A stretch of DNA of 64,000 nucleotides, from positions 96,001-160,000 of the forward strand of contig CAVTMK010000001.1 of assembly GCA_963735805.1 (NCBI GenBank). Direction: 5' to 3'. Shown here one piece after another: positions 62,471-64,000 of the stretch (the first letter of the stretch is position 1; each line of letters begins with the position of its first letter). The notes below the pieces were generated by a model that was not told where the DNA came from, ran no database searches, and saw only the letters and a list, made by a program, of their open reading frames with translations. Source of the DNA: an uncultured Verrucomicrobiae bacterium (GTDB lineage: Bacteria; Verrucomicrobiota; Verrucomicrobiia; Chthoniobacterales; UBA10450). A program made the position numbers and the translations under genes.

Positions 62471-62761
62471 CGATGAGGTGGTGTTATCATGTGGCTGCGA
62501 TGGAACTCCGCGTCGTCGAGAGCGAAGACACTCGCAGATGAACAACAACACCGCGAGCAAAAAGCCGATGACGGCGATGGCGCTGAAAATCATTGTGGCG
62601 TGGAAGGCTGCGAAAACCCACGCTGCTTGCGGCGAGAACTTCGAGTGCTCACCCGGTAGCTGACTCGCTCCGATCAAGCGATACTCGATGAAGACAAGTA
62701 CTCCGTAGGTGACTGCATAAGCGGCCAGCACCACAACGACCGCGTGCCGGAAACCCTTCAT
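62465..62761 (-). CDS. Hypothetical membrane protein (integron cassette ORF)
   Basis: ATG 2 nt after GTTAGAC (62764-62770); TAA stop inside GCCTAAC. Confidence 0.75.
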   Translation of the reverse strand: MKGFRHAVVVVLAAYAVTYGVLVFIEYRLIGASQLPGEHSKFSPQAAWVFAAFHATMIFSAIAVIGFLLAVLLFICECLRSRRRGVPSQPHDNTTSSA

Positions 62762-62862
62762 CCGTCTAACGAGAATCGAGCAGATTTCATGAGCTTCCGG
62801 TCAGTCTCCACCATCCACGCCCTGCTGTTCCGTGAAATCATCTCCAAGCCCCTGGCGTAACC

Positions 62863-63735
62863 CTAGGGAGGTCGCGGTGTGCGAGTAGGCTGCGGTGTTA
62901 AAGTTGGCACTGGCGTAGACGTTGGCGTAACAGTAGGTGAAGGTGCGGATGTGGACGAGGGGGTGGCACTCGGCGTAGGGCTACCGGCCGGAGTAGGACT
63001 AATAGTAACTATCGGAGGTGTTTCCTCCGCTCCCTCATTTCGTTCTTTTTTATAAGTGATAAGAAGCGTGGCACCCGCCACTGGAGGGATCTTTGCTTCA
63101 GCCGGACCTGCAATGACTACCTGGTTACCCACTTCCGGGAAATTTTGCGAATTAATGCCAGTGCTGGAATCGATTCGAGTCGCGGTAAGAACATTCGCGA
63201 TCACCCCAGTATTACCACCCAGGGGCACACGGACGACGCCGTGGTCGGTGCCTCCTTCTTGAGTAAAATTTATGATGTTGAGGAAGCGATCTTCAGGGAC
63301 TGGGATGTTGAGCTGCGAAGTTGTAACGATCTTGCTTTTGAATTCTCCGTCGTTTGGTTCTTTTTTGTAAGTGATAAGAAGCGTGGCACCCGCTACCGGA
63401 AGGGCCTCCGCTTGAGCCGGACCTGCAATGACCACCTGATTAGCGATTTCCGGTAAATTTTGCGAATTAATGCCCGTGCTAAAGTCGATTCGAGTCGCGC
63501 TAAGAACATTCGTGGTGCCGCCGGCATCGCCACTCAGAGTGACACGGACGACGCCGCGGTCGGTACCCCCTTCCTGAGTAAAATTTATGATCTTAAGGAA
63601 GCGATCTTCAGGGACTGGGATTGTAAGCGGTGAAGTTGTAATGACCCTGGTCTTGAATCCTGCCGCAAAAATAAAGCCAGTATTCAGGAGAAAGAAGGCA
63701 GTCAACCAACGGCTGAGATACATTTTCTTCGTCAT
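62863..63735 (-). CDS. Secreted hypothetical protein with two 105-aa repeats and a Pro/Thr tail
   Basis: Signal peptide; IPVPEDRFL.IINFTQEGGTD.GVVRV...GATLLITYKKE repeated at a 315-bp offset. Confidence 0.8.
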   Translation of the reverse strand: MTKKMYLSRWLTAFFLLNTGFIFAAGFKTRVITTSPLTIPVPEDRFLKIINFTQEGGTDRGVVRVTLSGDAGGTTNVLSATRIDFSTGINSQNLPEIANQVVIAGPAQAEALPVAGATLLITYKKEPNDGEFKSKIVTTSQLNIPVPEDRFLNIINFTQEGGTDHGVVRVPLGGNTGVIANVLTATRIDSSTGINSQNFPEVGNQVVIAGPAEAKIPPVAGATLLITYKKERNEGAEETPPIVTISPTPAGSPTPSATPSSTSAPSPTVTPTSTPVPTLTPQPTRTPRPP

Positions 63736-63832
63736 ATACCTGGACACCGCACAAGCAAATTAGAATCGATCGTCGTCACGTCAATGGGACTGTAACCAGA
63801 GGCCAGCAGAAAAATCAGTGAGCGGTGCATAC

Positions 63833-63958
63833 ATCTAACGAGACAGAGCTCAGCCACCGCTCCCGGAGCGAGGTTGCGCCCAATTGAGAATACAGTAATC
63901 AGGATCGGGATCGACACGCAACGCCAAAGAGCGGTCGACTGGGTGCGATTAGTCAGGG
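63833..63958 (-). mobile_element. attC site with degenerate inverse core
   Basis: Minus strand CCCTGAC-taatcgcacccagtcgaccgctc ... gagcggtggctgagctctgtctc-GTTAGAT, 126 bp. Confidence 0.72.
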
Positions 63959-64000
63959 CTCGCACTTAAATTCTCTGAACAGGCCCACATATTCGTACTG
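63953..64000 (-). CDS. Probable 3' end of a further cassette ORF entering from beyond the window
   Basis: QYEYVGLFREFKCEP* with its TGA inside the attC inverse core; only 16 codons are visible. Confidence 0.4.
   Translation of the reverse strand, partial: QYEYVGLFREFKCEP

Overview
Bacterial chromosomal segment of moderate-to-high GC. The lineage is inferred, not proven, to be a soil verrucomicrobium (Chthoniobacterales / 'Ca. Udaeobacter'-like), from the fused LpxC-FabZ, an ARC ATPase-Dop pair outside Actinobacteria and ECF-Ser/Thr kinase-TPR modules. Core genes are lpxC-fabZ, lpxA, recN, satP, creD, aat, guaA, arc, dop, rfbD/rfbB, floA, amtB and four tRNAs (Phe-GAA, Asp-GTC, Leu-GAG, Leu-CAA). 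Main points of interest: (1) a decaying array of integron-type attC sites with co-oriented cassette ORFs at about 56.7-64 kb, with no integrase in view; (2) a solitary contractile-tail tube gene directly behind creD; (3) an arc-dop operon with no Pup/UBact, ligase or 20S genes; (4) a 1.5-kb integrase-free islet bounded by tRNA-Phe and a copy of its 3' end; (5) a secreted protein with a 1.14-kb tandem duplication carrying the same frameshift in both copies; (6) palindromic/REP-like DNA apparently inserted in frame in guaA, dop and a GT-C membrane gene; (7) a lipoprotein fusing a catalytically dead trypsin-like domain to a TonB C-terminal domain. All product calls come from motif recognition by eye; no database searches were run.
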